64,000 bases of DNA from Octopus vulgaris (taxonomy: Eukaryota). Below are positions 63,469-64,000 of this stretch, piece by piece (positions within the stretch are counted from its first letter, which is position 1; each line of letters opens with the position of its first letter). The position numbers were made by a program, and so were the translations under genes. The DNA lies in contig OX597816.1 of NCBI GenBank assembly GCA_951406725.2, positions 65,658,001 to 65,722,000 of the forward strand. The letters are read 5' to 3'. The notes under the pieces are model-generated. The model saw only the letters and a program-made list of their open reading frames with translations. It was not told where the DNA came from and searched no databases.

Positions 63469-63938
63469 GCCCTGATGCTGTACCAGTACCTGATGCGGTA
63501 CCAGAAGAGGAGGAGAAGGAGAAGAAGAAGAAGAAGAGGAGTTTGTTTACAGAAACTTTGGTGGGAGAGAAACAGTGACTTATGTTGACTTTAGTACTTG
63601 ACTGGTATATCATTATCAAATCTGGAAAGATGAAAGACAAAGTTGAACTTAGCAATAATAATAATAATGAATTCTAAGGTGAGCAGAAGGCAATAAACTT
63701 ATTTTTCTCTGGGGGTAGGCGAGGGTCTTGACACAGTTGTTTATCATAAGCCAAGAGGGACTAAAGGCATAGTTAACATCAGTAAGATTTGAACTCAGAA
63801 TGTAAAGAAGCTTGCTTCCCAACCATGCAGTTTCAGGTTCAATCCCTCTGCATGGTACCTTGGACAAGTGTCTGCTACTGTAACCTCAGGCCATCCAAAG
63901 CCTTGTAAGTTGATTTGATAGACAGAAACTGTAAAAAG

Positions 63939-63990
<52 letters not shown>

Positions 63991-64000
63991 TAGAAGGTTT

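Overview
AT-rich, repeat-saturated eukaryotic DNA. The SINE, LINE and microsatellite content resembles an octopus (coleoid cephalopod) genome; this is inferred from repeat style only. I recognise no conserved host protein-coding gene, and most ORFs in the track are microsatellite or SINE artefacts. The window is a nest of decayed mobile elements: two Penelope-like retroelements, a near full-length L1/Tx1-like LINE, RTE, CR1/L2-group and R4/Dong-like LINE fragments, a solo LTR, a Gypsy RNase H remnant, Tc1/mariner, hAT, piggyBac-like and Helitron-like elements, and dozens of SINEs from at least four families. Four observations stand out. (1) A young ~632-nt unit with 258-bp terminal direct repeats carries a type I hammerhead-like ribozyme (55534-56464), the layout expected of a retrozyme or non-autonomous Penelope-like element. 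(2) Several unrelated short fold-back or (TA)n-embedded elements carry hammerhead-like cores. (3) One of these hairpins has a loop made of a 46-nt 28S rRNA fragment that starts at the R2 target site (49625-49670). (4) A speculative chain of tiny + strand exons splices in frame into a microsatellite-encoded Thr/Ala/Ile-rich ORF. All coordinates were read by eye, and element boundaries are approximate unless a TSD or TIR is quoted.
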